Below are positions 24,046-35,799 of a DNA stretch of 60,046 nt, in pieces. Location of the stretch: contig NC_069007.1 in NCBI RefSeq assembly GCF_001194135.2, positions 11,302,136 through 11,362,181 of the forward strand, given 5' to 3'. The translations under genes and the position numbers were made by a program. Under the pieces are notes generated by a model that made no database searches, was not told the origin of the DNA, and worked only from the letters and a program-made list of their open reading frames with translations. The first letter of the stretch is position 1, and each line of letters starts with the position of its first letter. This DNA comes from Octopus bimaculoides. Taxonomy: Eukaryota.

Positions 24046-25291
24046 CAGGGTCTTGCAGATAAATTGAGACAATTTTTATGATGCATAAAATTGGTTGTAA
24101 ATACTAAAATGATGGCAGTAGACAGATATAATTTTAATGTAACATTTATTACAACAAAACACATTTGTCACTCAATATGGCCACCCTTTTGGGCAATTAC
24201 TACGTCCACAAGAGAACAAAATTTTTTGCAGCTGCTGCAACTTCTGCATTTTTTATTTTGTGTGGTGAAGGATTGGTTTTGGTCCATGCTTGAAGTAGAA
24301 CCTATAAAAAGTAATTGAGAAGGTTGAGATCTGGGCTATTACTGGGCCAGATGTTGGTCCTCACAAAAGAAGGCACCTTCTAACCAAGGAAGGCCTGTGT
24401 TGCTTTCAACTATGGCATAGTGCAAAATCCTGGATAAGCACCACATTGTCAAGCACAAACTTCTGCTCCATCCAAGTTAACAGAGAGTTGTTCAGGATGT
24501 CCAGATACTCCTTTGTGCTGATATTCAAGCCAGACTCAATGAAGTGTGGATCCATGACACTTCCATCACTCGCCATGGCTCCAAATAACATCACAGAGGC
24601 AGGATTCTTAGTCTCAAACACAGTGGGGACGTCAGAAGGGTTGTATGCAATCACTGAAGAATTTCTGCAACTCACCTCAGCCTCCACAGTGAACTTCTTC
24701 TCATCTGCAAACAAGAGAGTTTTTCCTGCACCTTGATGCTTGATGAATGACAGAAGCTTTGGGCATCTCTCGGCTTTGGTTGTTTTGGCCTTAGCTGTTT
24801 GGAGGTGACGGTGTTGTTGAACATAGCTAGTCACACCAAGGTTCCTGTCCACAACTTTGGACACCGTAGAAAGGGACACATTGCATTTCTTTACAAGATT
24901 TGTCGTAGATGTGGATGGGTTGACTTCAATTAAGCTCTTGAGGCCAGCAAGAAACTTTGGATTACACTTGGAATCATTTTGTGTCTTGTGTTCTTTTCTA
25001 CCAATCTTTCCCTCTTCTTTAAATTGTTTATACACATGATAAACTGTTACTTTTGGAAATTTTGTCAACTTAACAATTTTATTGGCAGTGTGCCTTGTGC
25101 ATGCCAAAATATCAATGATGGAATGATTCTGTTGTTCCATGACTGTCTGTTGTCAAATCAGTTTGCTATTTACCCAAAAAATAAAGAGGAGAATTAGATT
25201 TTCCAGCAAGCAAGATTTTGTCAAAGGCTGAAATGTTATGCCCACTTAGTCAACTGCTTAAAATGGGTCCCAGTTTATCTGCAAGACACTG
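24046..25291 (-). mobile_element. Full-length DD37D (maT-like) Tc1/mariner-superfamily transposon, 1246 bp
   Basis: TIRs CAGGGTCTTGCAGATAAATTGAGAC and rc CAGTGTCTTGCAGATAAACTGGGAC. TA at 24044-24045; the right flank is CA, merging into (CA)n. Confidence 0.9.
24168..25140 (-). pseudogene. DD37D-type transposase: 244 aa open, then a frameshift and stops
   Basis: LLFADEKKFTV, KNPASVMLFGAMASDG, YLDIL, LIQDFALCH; after a frameshift WPSNSPDLNLLNYF and KGGHIE*. 37 residues lie between the second D and the third catalytic position (N in this copy), assuming a 1-bp deletion. Confidence 0.88.
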
Positions 25292-25340
25292 CACACACAC
25301 ACACACACACACACACGTATATATATAACTAGATACATGC

Positions 25341-25639
25341 ACACATCATCATCATCCTTTGACCAACCTATGGTTGGTCGCAACTCCATTGACAATCCCT
25401 TTCCGCACTACATGGTCCTGCATTGCTGTGTTCAGATTTCTAATATCTAAACCCGAGTCCCAATATACAGTATCTGGAAATGTCAGTTTCCTGGAGAAAA
25501 CACTTCCAGAGGGATGCCATAGGAGCAGGGATGAGATAACCTCTTTCTCTGCTAGATGACAGTGGTCAGCAAATTGTAGTCGTTTCTTCTGCTTTAGCTT
25601 GAGGGAGATTGTTATCAGATTTCCATAGATGTTACCAAG

Positions 25640-25646
<7 letters not shown>
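25341..25646 (-). mobile_element. RTE/RTE-X-like LINE 3' fragment (ORF2 C-terminus plus (GAT)n tail)
   Basis: IYGNLITISLKLKQKKRLQFADHCHLAEKEVISSLLLWHP...KLTFPDTVYWDSGL...AMQD resembles the RRLxFAGHC...LLLWxP post-RT region. Confidence 0.75.
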
Positions 25647-25674
<28 letters not shown>

Positions 25675-26433
25675 TATGTACAACCTTCCTCCTCATCATC
25701 ATCCTTATTTTAACATCTGCTATTCTACGCTTGCATGGATACGATGAGACTTTGTTGAGACAGAGTTTTCTACAGTTGGATGCCTTTCCTAAGGCTAACC
25801 CTCAGCAGTTCTGAAGTCCCCCCACCCACTAGGTTATTGAACATCAAACAATCTTTCCATGATGACTGCAAACAAATGACACTGAGTGCATTAATGGTGA
25901 AAGGATTTTGTTTACAATCAACACACACCCGTGTAAACACAAGGGCAAATAGGAGCTCATTCAAACATTTACGCATGCATGTTTGAGTGCATATGCATAC
26001 ACACATACACATACACATATGAATGTATGTATTTCCATCCATTTTGCTATTTGCAAAGATAGACGTGAAAATCTATAAAAAATATGTTATAGAAATATTG
26101 ATATATTGCAAGAGTGGGGTGGGGAAGTCTGAGATTAAAAATATTGATTGAGAAGAATATTAAGTTATAGGTGACTGGAGATATACAGATATTAATATAC
26201 ACCTATATTATGCCTGTGTGTGTGTAATGTATATGTATATATATATATTAGAGAGAAAGACATATACATATACATATATTTATACATATATATGTATGTA
26301 TGTATATATATGTATATATATATATATAGTATATGTGTATATATATGTATGTATATACATATATATATATATGTCTATACACATATGTATATATACATGT
26401 ATATGTATGTATATATATCTATATATATGCGCA

Positions 26434-26506
<73 letters not shown>

Positions 26507-27595
26507 NNNNNNNNNNNNNNNNNNNNNNNNNNNNNNNNNNNNNNNNNNNNNNNNNNNNNNNNNNNNNNNNNNNNNNNNNNNNNNNNNNNNNNNNNNNNNN
26601 NNNNNNNNNNNNNNNNNNNNNNNNNNNNNNNNNNNNNNNNNNNNNNNNNNNNNNNNNNNNNNNNNNNNNNNNNNNNNNNNNNNNNNNNNNNNNNNNNNNN
26701 NNNNNNNNNNNNNNNNNNNNNNNNNNNNNNNNNNNNNNNNNNNNNNNNNNNNNNNNNNNNNNNNNNNNNNNNNNNNNNNNNNNNNNNNNNNNNNNNNNNN
26801 NNNNNNNNNNNNNNNNNNNNNNNNNNNNNNNNNNNNNNNNNNNNNNNNNNNNNNNNNNNNNNNNNNNNNNNNNNNNNNNNNNNNNNNNNNNNNNNNNNNN
26901 NNNNNNNNNNNNNNNNNNNNNNNNNNNNNNNNNNNNNNNNNNNNNNNNNNNNNNNNNNNNNNNNNNNNNNNNNNNNNNNNNNNNNNNNNNNNNNNNNNNN
27001 NNNNNNNNNNNNNNNNNNNNNNNNNNNNNNNNNNNNNNNNNNNNNNNNNNNNNNNNNNNNNNNNNNNNNNNNNNNNNNNNNNNNNNNNNNNNNNNNNNNN
27101 NNNNNNNNNNNNNNNNNNNNNNNNNNNNNNNNNNNNNNNNNNNNNNNNNNNNNNNNNNNNNNNNNNNNNNNNNNNNNNNNNNNNNNNNNNNNNNNNNNNN
27201 NNNNNNNNNNNAAAAAAACATAAGGATAAGAGTTTTCTTCAAGCTTTCATCTCATATTTCAAAATATATTGTGACAGTTGATATTTCAAAAGATAACCAG
27301 GCTCAGTTTACCAGCTGATGATTGGAAATGAGTAACTTTTGAGTACTGAAATTGGAGCCTTTAGGTTATAACATATTAAAGAACACTCTACATTTATGTT
27401 GAGTCCTATAATTTATCTCTTCTAATGAGTCAACAGAAATTTGTGTGTATGTGTGTGTGTCTGTGTGCATGTGTGCGTTTGTGTCTGTGTATATATGTAT
27501 TCATGTTTGTGTATATATATTTACATGTGTGTATCACTATACATGCACATGTATGTATAGTTATACACACATGTAAATATAATGTGTAATTATGT

Positions 27596-27628
<33 letters not shown>

Positions 27629-28442
27629 CTCACACACACACACCATATAAGCTGGTGTACAGTACAACTGGCTGTACAAGACGACCCCCAGGATTTCCAT
27701 TTAAAAAGTGGGTTTTGAGCTATACTTGCTGAATAATACTACCCCAAATTTTCACAGATATATATAATTAAGAATCAGTTGAATAAGGTACTTAAATTGA
27801 GGTCAGTATAATCCACACACCCCAAAAATATTAATTGAATTTTGAATATCAAGACTCCATGCAAAGATGTTGATGGTTTTATTAATTATAAAGAATGTCA
27901 GATCCAGTGAAATGTGTGCATCAAATCATTGATGAACTGTCTTCTACCCAAAGAATCACACCTCGTATTTGATAGTAAAATATAATTCTTTCATCTTCGT
28001 CAATGTCTGTGACCAGTAATGCATAAAAGTGATAGCGGATGCCACCCACCAAAAAATGGCGACTCCATTGCTTGTTTTTTTTACTGGGGCAGTGAACAGT
28101 TTCATGGTAATTCTAAAAATTTAATTAAAGATATTGATGTTTTATTTACAAAAGTATTATGATGTTATTTACAGAATATTGAAAGATAGCAATACCATCA
28201 TTCCAGAAGTTTTTTTTATCACAATATTCTTCCTAAGATGGCAAATTCCAGAAAGATATCATAGTTATTAAAATATTTCTCATTTCTCTTCCTGCTGAAA
28301 GAAACTCACATTGAAATTCTCGCTCTATGTCATTCACTCTCACTATAACTCTTTCACTGTTGCTCACTCTTTCCTTCTTTGTCTACCAGGACTGGGTAAT
28401 AAATACGTCGTCTTTCCAATCATTTTCATTTTATTTTCCTTA

Positions 28443-28836
28443 TTGTTATCTTTTATCCTTTACTTGTTTCAGTCATTTGATGACTGTGCCCATGCTGGGG
28501 CACTGCCTTGATGGGCTTTAGCCAAATAGACCCCAGGACTTTTGGGCTTTTTTTTTAAAGCCTGGTACTTATTCTATTGGCCACTTTTGCTAAACTGCTA
28601 AGTTATGGGGATGTAAACATACCAACACTGGTTGTCAAGTGGTGGTGGTGGGGGGGGACAAAAACACACACACACAGATACAATGGGCTTCTTTTAGTTT
28701 CAATCTACCAAATCCATCAGAAGGTTTTGGTCACCCGAGGCTATAGTAGAAAACATTTGCCCAAAGTTCCACATAATGAGACTGGATCTGGAACCACGTG
28801 GTTGGGAAGCAAACTTCTTACCTCACAGCCACACCT
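28443..28836 (-). mobile_element. SINE-A, near full length
   Basis: Collinear with other SINE-A copies. Confidence 0.88.
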
Positions 28837-28943
28837 GTTGCTCACTTTCTAATTGAAATTTATCAGCCGTCTACCAGCACACCATTCCCTACTGCAACAG
28901 CAAATAAATGCATACCGTTAATTATGATGTGAATATATATATA

Positions 28944-29003
<60 letters not shown>

Positions 29004-29090
29004 NNNNNNNNNNNNNNNNNNNNNNNNNNNNNNNNNNNNNNNNNNNNNNNNNNNNNNNNNNNNNNNNNNNNNNNNNNNNNNNNNNNNNNN

Positions 29091-29147
<57 letters not shown>

Positions 29148-29168
29148 ACAGCTGAAGGACACATGTCA

Positions 29169-29255
29169 ATTCATTACGGCCATTTCTAATGACTCCTTTA
29201 ATTGAATAATGAGTATATTATATAATTATAAAGAAACCGTTTTCCTCAGATGAAT
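29169..29255 (-). ncRNA. Type I hammerhead ribozyme motif (left arm, minus strand)
   Basis: Minus strand reads ATTCAT CTGAGGA [56-nt helix II] GAAA TGGCCG TA ATGAAT. 6-bp helix I; GUA site. Confidence 0.65.
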
Positions 29256-29435
29256 ACGCGAACCTTGCAATTAGCAACATTCCAAATGATTTAACATATT
29301 TCAAAATCCACAGAGCAAAACATTTTCACTGATTCTGCTACTATTATAGTTGACAGAATCAGTGAAAATGTTTTGCTTCGTAGATTTTGAAATATGCTAA
29401 ATCAATTGGAATGCTGTTAATTGCAAGGTTCATGC

Positions 29436-29522
29436 ATTCATCTGAAGAAAACGGTTTCTTTATAATGATATCATGTACTCATTAATAAATTCAAGAAGTC
29501 GTTAGAAACGGCTGTAATGAAT
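29436..29522 (+). ncRNA. Type I hammerhead ribozyme motif (right arm, plus strand)
   Basis: ATTCAT CTGAAGA [helix II: AACGGTTTCTT/AAGAAGTCGTT 11 bp plus taatga/tcatta] GAAA CGGCTG TA ATGAAT. Predicted cleavage after A29516. A-A mismatch at position 10.1/11.1. Confidence 0.7.
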
Positions 29523-29879
29523 TGACACCGGTTCTTCAATTGTTACTTATTTATATTTTATTCATGTATCCCAGAACATGCCCTCCGCAAATTCTGGAGT
29601 ACAGTATAGACTTTAAATTTAATAATATGTACATGTCAAAATAGCTCAAGAACTCAGCTGGGTCAAATTGTCTGCATGCACTACAAGAATATCATTCTGC
29701 CAGCACTCCTGTACCAAAGTTGATATTTACATAATATTGTTGTGTGTGTATATTATTCCAGCCTAACAAGGTGCCTCAATTTAAGTACCTAATTCCACTG
29801 AATCTTATTTATATATATGTGTGTGTATATATATATATATGAGAGGTATTGGTATTCAGAAGACCCACTTTAGCTAGTA

Positions 29880-30090
29880 TCAGGTCATCCCATAAGTTCT
29901 GTCCGAATTTTGAATAAAGAAAACAAGTGATCAAATTTTATATTTAATTGAAATTTAATCATCAATGTACTTTCCCTGATTATTTATGACTTCCTTCCAT
30001 CTATTTACAAGGTTTTTAATCCCATCAGTGTAAAACTCCTTTGGTTTCAAAGCGAAGAACTCTGAAATGTCAGTTTTGACCTCCTCCTGG
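29880..30090 (-). mobile_element. Mariner 3' fragment with TIR
   Basis: QEEVKTDISEFFALKPKEFYTDGIKNLVNRWKEVINNQGKYIDD*. End TCAGGTCATCCCATAAGTTCTGTCCGA preceded by TA. Confidence 0.85.
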
Positions 30091-30314
30091 CTTTCCTCTC
30101 TATGCCACCGATGTTATCCAAGGGAAAGGCAAAAGAGCCGATACAGCTTGGCACCAGTGATGCTGCAACTCATTTCTACAGCTGAGTGAATTGGAGCAAC
30201 ATGAAATAAAGTGACTTGCTCAAGAACACAACATACAGCCTGGTCAAGTTATTGAAATCACTACCTCATGATTGTGAGACTAACACTTTAACCACTAAAC
30301 TATGCACCTTCACA
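30091..30314 (-). mobile_element. SINE with SINE-B head and core but a different 3' tail
   Basis: The reverse complement contains gttgtgttcttgagcaagtcactttatttcatgttgctccaattcactcagctgtagaaatgagttg, then diverges from 18199-18520. Confidence 0.7.
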
Positions 30315-30659
30315 TGCAAACACACACACACACACAGATATGTGTGTGGTGGTGGTGATATAGGATGTGTGTGGCAGTGGTAGCAGTTGTGGGGAAGGTG
30401 GTAGTAGGAAGGTACGTGTGTGTGTGGCGATGGGTGGGAGTATTGCCTGATGTTGTATTACTGGTGAAAGATGCAAAGCAGCAAGAAGTACAGAGCAGCC
30501 ATTTGGTATTTCCAGATGATGAATATCCTATTGTGATATATGCTCTGTCCTAATTTTACAGAGTCTCCCTTGTCACTCTTCTCTTTCACTAACCAATGAT
30601 TCTCTTATTTGGGAAGCATAAAATAAAGAAAATAAGAGTATTTTCTATTTCACTACCAT

Positions 30660-31400
30660 GACCACCACCAACAACAACAACAACATCATCATTGTCGTCA
30701 TCATCATCCTCATCAATCATTATCATTATTGTCGTCATCATCATCGTTGTCATCGTCATCATCATCGTCGTCGTCAATCATTATCATTATTGTCATCATC
30801 ATTATCGTTGTCATCGTCATCATCATCGTCGTCGTCGTCGTCATCATCACTATCTTCATTGATCCTAGCATCTTTGCTGCAATTGCAGTCATCATTGCAG
30901 TCTTGACTGTTTTTGTCATCGCCATGTTCATTCGATGGCTTATTCCTCCTCTTCCTCCTTCTCGTCGTCGTCATCACTATCATGGCTGTCATTAACATTT
31001 AGCATAAAATCGTCCTCATCCTACTCCCCCACCTCCTCTTCATTCATCCTCATCCTCATTATCGTCATTGTTTTCATTCATCTCCTTCCTCATCCTCCTC
31101 ATTATCATCACTATCACTGATTATCATCTTTGCCTTCAGCCACCGACTTCATCTCCTTTCATCACCACCGCTCCCACCACTACTCCCCTCCAACCATAGC
31201 CACCACCACACACACACACACATACATGCCACCACACACACACCTCCACCACCGTCACTACCACTACTACTACCTTCCCCACAACTGCTACCGCTGCTGC
31301 ACACATCCTATATCACCACCACCACACACACACTCACCACCACCATTACCCTCACCGCCCCGGACAACCCCATATACAAACTGCGACCACCACAACTGAC
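30660..31400. repeat. Low-complexity (CAT/CGT)n and (CAC)n region with a ~60-bp internal tandem duplication (about 30713-30843)
   Basis: Seen directly in the sequence. Confidence 0.85.
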
Positions 31401-31549
31401 AAGAAGCCAACAGGTTCCACAGAACACTTAATTGAATTACACTGAATGTCATTGTTAGAGGTTAATTAATTAACCGATCACTAATAATGCGAATTATAGT
31501 GATTAGTGTTACCACCTGCTTTGACTTGTCACTTAACGAATAAGCTAAT

Positions 31550-32060
31550 GAGAGAGCCACAGTGTAGTCAAATAGGTGGCTAGAAATAGCAGCCAAATCA
31601 CTCTTGAGTTTTAATAAAAAGAAGGACACCTTGGGGTAAATATAGCTTTCGATATATTATTCTTGAAAACACGACAGGGTGGTCATGACTGGAACTGTTT
31701 TCAGTATAGGTTTGCTTGATTAAGGCTGACATGACACAAACTTAAACAGCCTCTTTGTAGTTACTTAACCTCCTAGAATTCTCATTTATTGTCTTAAAAA
31801 TCAGAATGACACAATGGCTAATGTAGTTCTTAGATACACTTCATCTGAAAATATTGATTAGGAGGGTCATGGTTGGATGACTTGGAGTAACACATGACAA
31901 GCACAAACCTGTGTGAGAGTGTCTTTGTCGATAAGTGCCCTGCTAAAAATAGCAGTCAAATCTCTCTCAAATCAAATACCCTACAATATTAAAGAAAGGA
32001 AGAACATACAAAGTAATGTATTCCAAGATAGCTAAGGGCTCCAATGGAAAGAGATTAAGT
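31550..32060 (+). mobile_element. Cluster of degenerate family-G repeat fragments
   Basis: The (ctag)aaatagcagccaaat...ggtcatg(a/g)(c/t)tgga motifs recur at 51060-51250 and 58075-58262. Confidence 0.55.
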
Positions 32061-32566
32061 TCCTCTCTCAAGCAAGGCAAGGTCTTTTTATTTCATTGAA
32101 GACCCTCTGTTATCCCTGACACAAGTCACTCATCTCAGTACCACTGATGGTGCCGAAATGGGTGCCCAGTATGATTTGGAACTAGTGTCATCATAGAGGT
32201 ATCAGAAAGTAAAGAGTTAGAACAAATACCACAAGGCATTTTGTCCCTACAACAATTCCATTAAGCCATGGACCCACACCTAGGCTAACTTCAGCAGGAT
32301 TTGAACTCTAAAATGTAAAGAACTGGAACAAATCTCTCTTCCTCGACTGATACATCATTTCATTGACCCTGGAGGGATGGAATGTAAAGTTGGTCCTGGT
32401 TGCATTTGAACCCAGAACGTACAGGACTGTAAATCAGTTTCCCTGATATTTTTATGATTCTACTCATTCATTTCTTGATATATCAAGTCAAGGTGGGATG
32501 GTTACAGCTGGAGTGTCTCTGATTTCAGCTCATCTAAGGCAACATTACTGTGACCATCAAAGAGCA

Positions 32567-32864
32567 CCTCCTCCTCCTCCTCCTCCTCCTTCTTCTTCTT
32601 CTTCTTCTTCTTCTTCTTCTTCTTCTTCTTCTTCTTCTTCTCCTCCACCACTTCCTTCTCCAATACCACTTCTTCCTCTTCCTCCCACACCACTTCCTAT
32701 TCCACCTCCTCCACCACTTCCTTCCTTCACTTCCTCTTCCTCCACCTCCTCTTCCTCCACCTCCTCTTCCTCCTTCACCCACCATCTCCCCCTCCCCTAT
32801 CTCTCCAACTACTACCTTCCTCCTCTCTTTGTGTAGTCGTCACCATCATCATCATCACCACCAC

Positions 32865-32896
<32 letters not shown>

Positions 32897-32897
32897 C
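32567..32897. repeat. (CCT)n/(CTT)n/(CAT)n low-complexity tract
   Basis: Seen directly in the sequence. Confidence 0.92.
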
Positions 32898-33039
32898 TCT
32901 GTGTTGGCTTCCAACAACTCAGTTATGGTAGATGCTGGCCTACAACTCACATGCTTGTATGGCACTGTCACTACAACTGCAGAGACAGAATATTTTCTTC
33001 TCACAGACGCACCTACACATACATAAATGTACATGTGCA

Positions 33040-33078
<39 letters not shown>

Positions 33079-33616
33079 TAGTAGCGTTTCCTGATTGGCT
33101 GTAAGGTGCGCAAAGCAGACACACCTAAGATTAGGATTTATAAATGAATCTAAGTAACAAACATTTTGATGTAAATGCTTCATTTTAAGGGGCACAGCTG
33201 GAAAACATCTATCACCATGTTTTATGTACCCTTCATTGCATGCACTGNNNNNNNNNNNNNNNNNNNNNNNNNNNNNNNNNNNNNNNNNNNNNNNNNNNNN
33301 NNNNNNNNNNNNNNNNNNNNNNNNNNNNNNNNNNNNNNNNNNNNNNNNNNNNNNNNNNNNNNNNNNNNNNNNNNNNNNNNNNNNNNNNNNNNNNNNNNNN
33401 NNNNNNNNNNNNNNNNNNNNNNNNNNNNNNNNNNNNNNNNNNNNNNNNNNNNNNNNNNNNNNNNNNNNNNNNNNNNNNNNNNNNNNNNNNNNNNNNNNNN
33501 NNNNNNNNNNNNNNNNNNNNNNNNNNNNNNNNNNNNNNNNNNNNNNNNNNNNNNNNNNNNNNNNNNNNNNNNNNNNNNNNNNNNNNNNNNNNNNNNNNNN
33601 NNNNNNNNNNNNNNNT

Positions 33617-33995
33617 GGTAAGTAGCTTGCTTACCAATCACATGGTTCCGGGTTCAGTGTCACTGCGTGGCATCTTGGGTGAGTGTCTTCTACTATAGCC
33701 TCAGGCCAACCAAAGCCTTGTGAGTGGATTTGGCAGACGGAAACTGAAAGAAGCCTGTCGTATATATGCATATATATATGTATGTGTGTGTATATGTTTG
33801 TTCCCCCAACATTGCTTGACAACCAATGCTGGTGTATTTATATCCCCGTAACTTAGCGGTTCGGCAAAAGAGACTGATAGAATAAGTACTAGGCTTACAA
33901 AGAATAAGTCCTGGGGTCGGTTTGCTCGACTAAAGATGATGCTCCAGCATGGCTGCAGTCAAATGACTAAAACAAGTAAAAGAATAAAAGAATAT
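33617..33995 (+). mobile_element. SINE-A, young copy starting at the gap edge
   Basis: Close match to 52808-53219. Confidence 0.9.
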
Positions 33996-34557
33996 ATATA
34001 TAAAACAAAACAAAAAAAACACAACAAGAACGTAACAGGCAATGACAAAACATCTGGACAGTTAGACGATACAAAGAAGGACAGGAAAAAAAAAGGACGG
34101 GCCATTCGGAGCTTTCTATCGTCAGTTGAGTTCCAGACAATTCCTGCAGTTTCGACCGGTTACACTTGAGACTGCTCCAGTCTGGCCGGCACCTAGAAAA
34201 TCTGACCTAAGAGCACTAGATTGTTTGGAAGAAAGCAAGCGAATGTATATGTAAACAAGGGCGTAAAAAATGGAGAAATGTTACACAATTACAAATACAA
34301 ACAACAAGACAATAGCAGCAGGTGTCTTTTGACTAAAGACAAATTGAAATTAAGCTGGCGCGTGTGGAAGTGAAGCCTTACGGCAGGGACATAAGAGATG
34401 AAAGTCATGGGAAGGAATATAACAGATGCTACACAGATGGATGTCGAATATTCTTTTATTCTTTTACTTGTTTCAGTCATTAGACTGCAGCCATGCTGGG
34501 GCACCTACCTGCAGTATTTGAGCTAAACAAATTGTAATAATCCTTTTAAAGTTGGAT

Positions 34558-34735
34558 TGTTATAATGCCCACTTCAATATACAGTATACTTAGTAAAACC
34601 AGTAAAGATATGATTATCTCTTGACTGCCTACTATGTACTCCAGTACTTCACATTTTTCTCTGTACCACTAGTGACTAGTTTATTCCATTCATCACATAA
34701 GAGGGGTGTACCATTATTACTAATTCCCTCCAACT
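34558..34735 (-). repeat. 3' LTR of the Gypsy remnant (inner boundary approximate)
   Basis: Follows the PPT (34734-34746) and ends ATAACA on the minus strand. Confidence 0.6.
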
Positions 34736-34829
34736 TCTCCCCTTTTAGGTTTTTGTTAGGAAGTGTCATTTTATTTAGCAATAATTTTTCTTTTATTCAC
34801 TCCCACCTCCTTTTTTTGAGTTATTTTTT

Positions 34830-35725
34830 TTCATACAATTTAATATTTTTTGCACTTAGCATCTATTTTCAGGAACTTTTGTATGTTTACTTTTCCTCTC
34901 ACTTGTATGCTTGGGTTCAATCACCCGCAGTGGTGTTGGAACTTGGAATGTATCGTTCAACCATTTCATCGGTTCTTCCAACTTCTTTGGTTCACTCTCC
35001 ACAAATCTCTTTCCAGTTGGTTCCTGTGTCTCTTCTGTATGCCTTTTCTACTTTTTACCCAATACATCATTTTTATTTATGCATTTGGCCATCTTCCCAA
35101 CTCTACTTTCCATTCTTGTATGCCCTCATAAACACCTTTTCACCAACTTTAAAGAATCTTGCTATGTCTTCCCTGGTACTTTTTCTTTTCTTGCTAGGTA
35201 GCAATTTATCAAAGACTGATTTTACTTCCCTTGAAAACATCATCTCCGCTGGTGATCTACCTGCTGGTGCATTCGGATTTGGTGTCACACTATACACTCT
35301 TAAAAACTGTTGTAGAGATACTTCATCCATGACTTGCTTATTTGATTTTCTAAGGGCTCTCTTGAAGGTATTGACAAAGCATTCTGCTTCTCTGTTAGAT
35401 CTGGGATGGTATGGTGCTATAGTTACATGTTCTACTGCAACCATTTCACAAAATTTTTTTAATTTGCTCGACACAAATTGTGTTCTATTGTCAGACACTA
35501 TCTTTCTGGGATGCCAAATCTTGCAAACAATTCATGTAAAAAATTTGTTTTTTTACGCATACAAATCTCTGGCCATTTCGAAAAATTATCCACTACAAGT
35601 AGTAAGACCCATTTAAAGGACCAACAACACCAATGTGTATTCTTGACCACAGAACATCTACTTTTGGCCAATGTTTACTTTTTATTTTGGGTAATTTTTC
35701 ATTACATTTTGGCTTACATACAGGT
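34830..35725 (-). pseudogene. Gypsy integrase (rve core), decayed
   Basis: ORFs 35103-35498 and 35593-35889 carry the D,D-E core region motifs. Confidence 0.88.
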
Positions 35726-35799
35726 GTTCCACTTTGTTTTACTGCAATTTTTTGTTTCATTCCCTCAACCACATTCCAACCTTCAACTGAACCAACTAT

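Larger units (their letters stand above)
29146..29545. repeat. 400-bp fold-back (two ~200-bp inverted arms, essentially no spacer, centre about 29345)
   Basis: The arms align end to end (taacagctgaag... / ...cttcaattgtta, and gattctgctact / agttgacagaatc) with scattered substitutions. Confidence 0.92.

Noticed and set aside
30589-33026. Poly-S/D/H/P/E/R ORFs
   Set aside because: They arise from trinucleotide low-complexity tracts open in several frames and on both strands.
34090-34200. CpG-rich structured segment with GAAA-CTGCAG and CTGACGA on the minus strand
   Set aside because: The motifs are in the wrong order or lack compatible helices, and the candidate core has no 3-8 pair. There is no second copy in the window to classify it.
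34621-35616. 331-aa plus-strand ORF
   Set aside because: It is the antisense shadow of the Gypsy integrase and LTR region, with no independent protein features.
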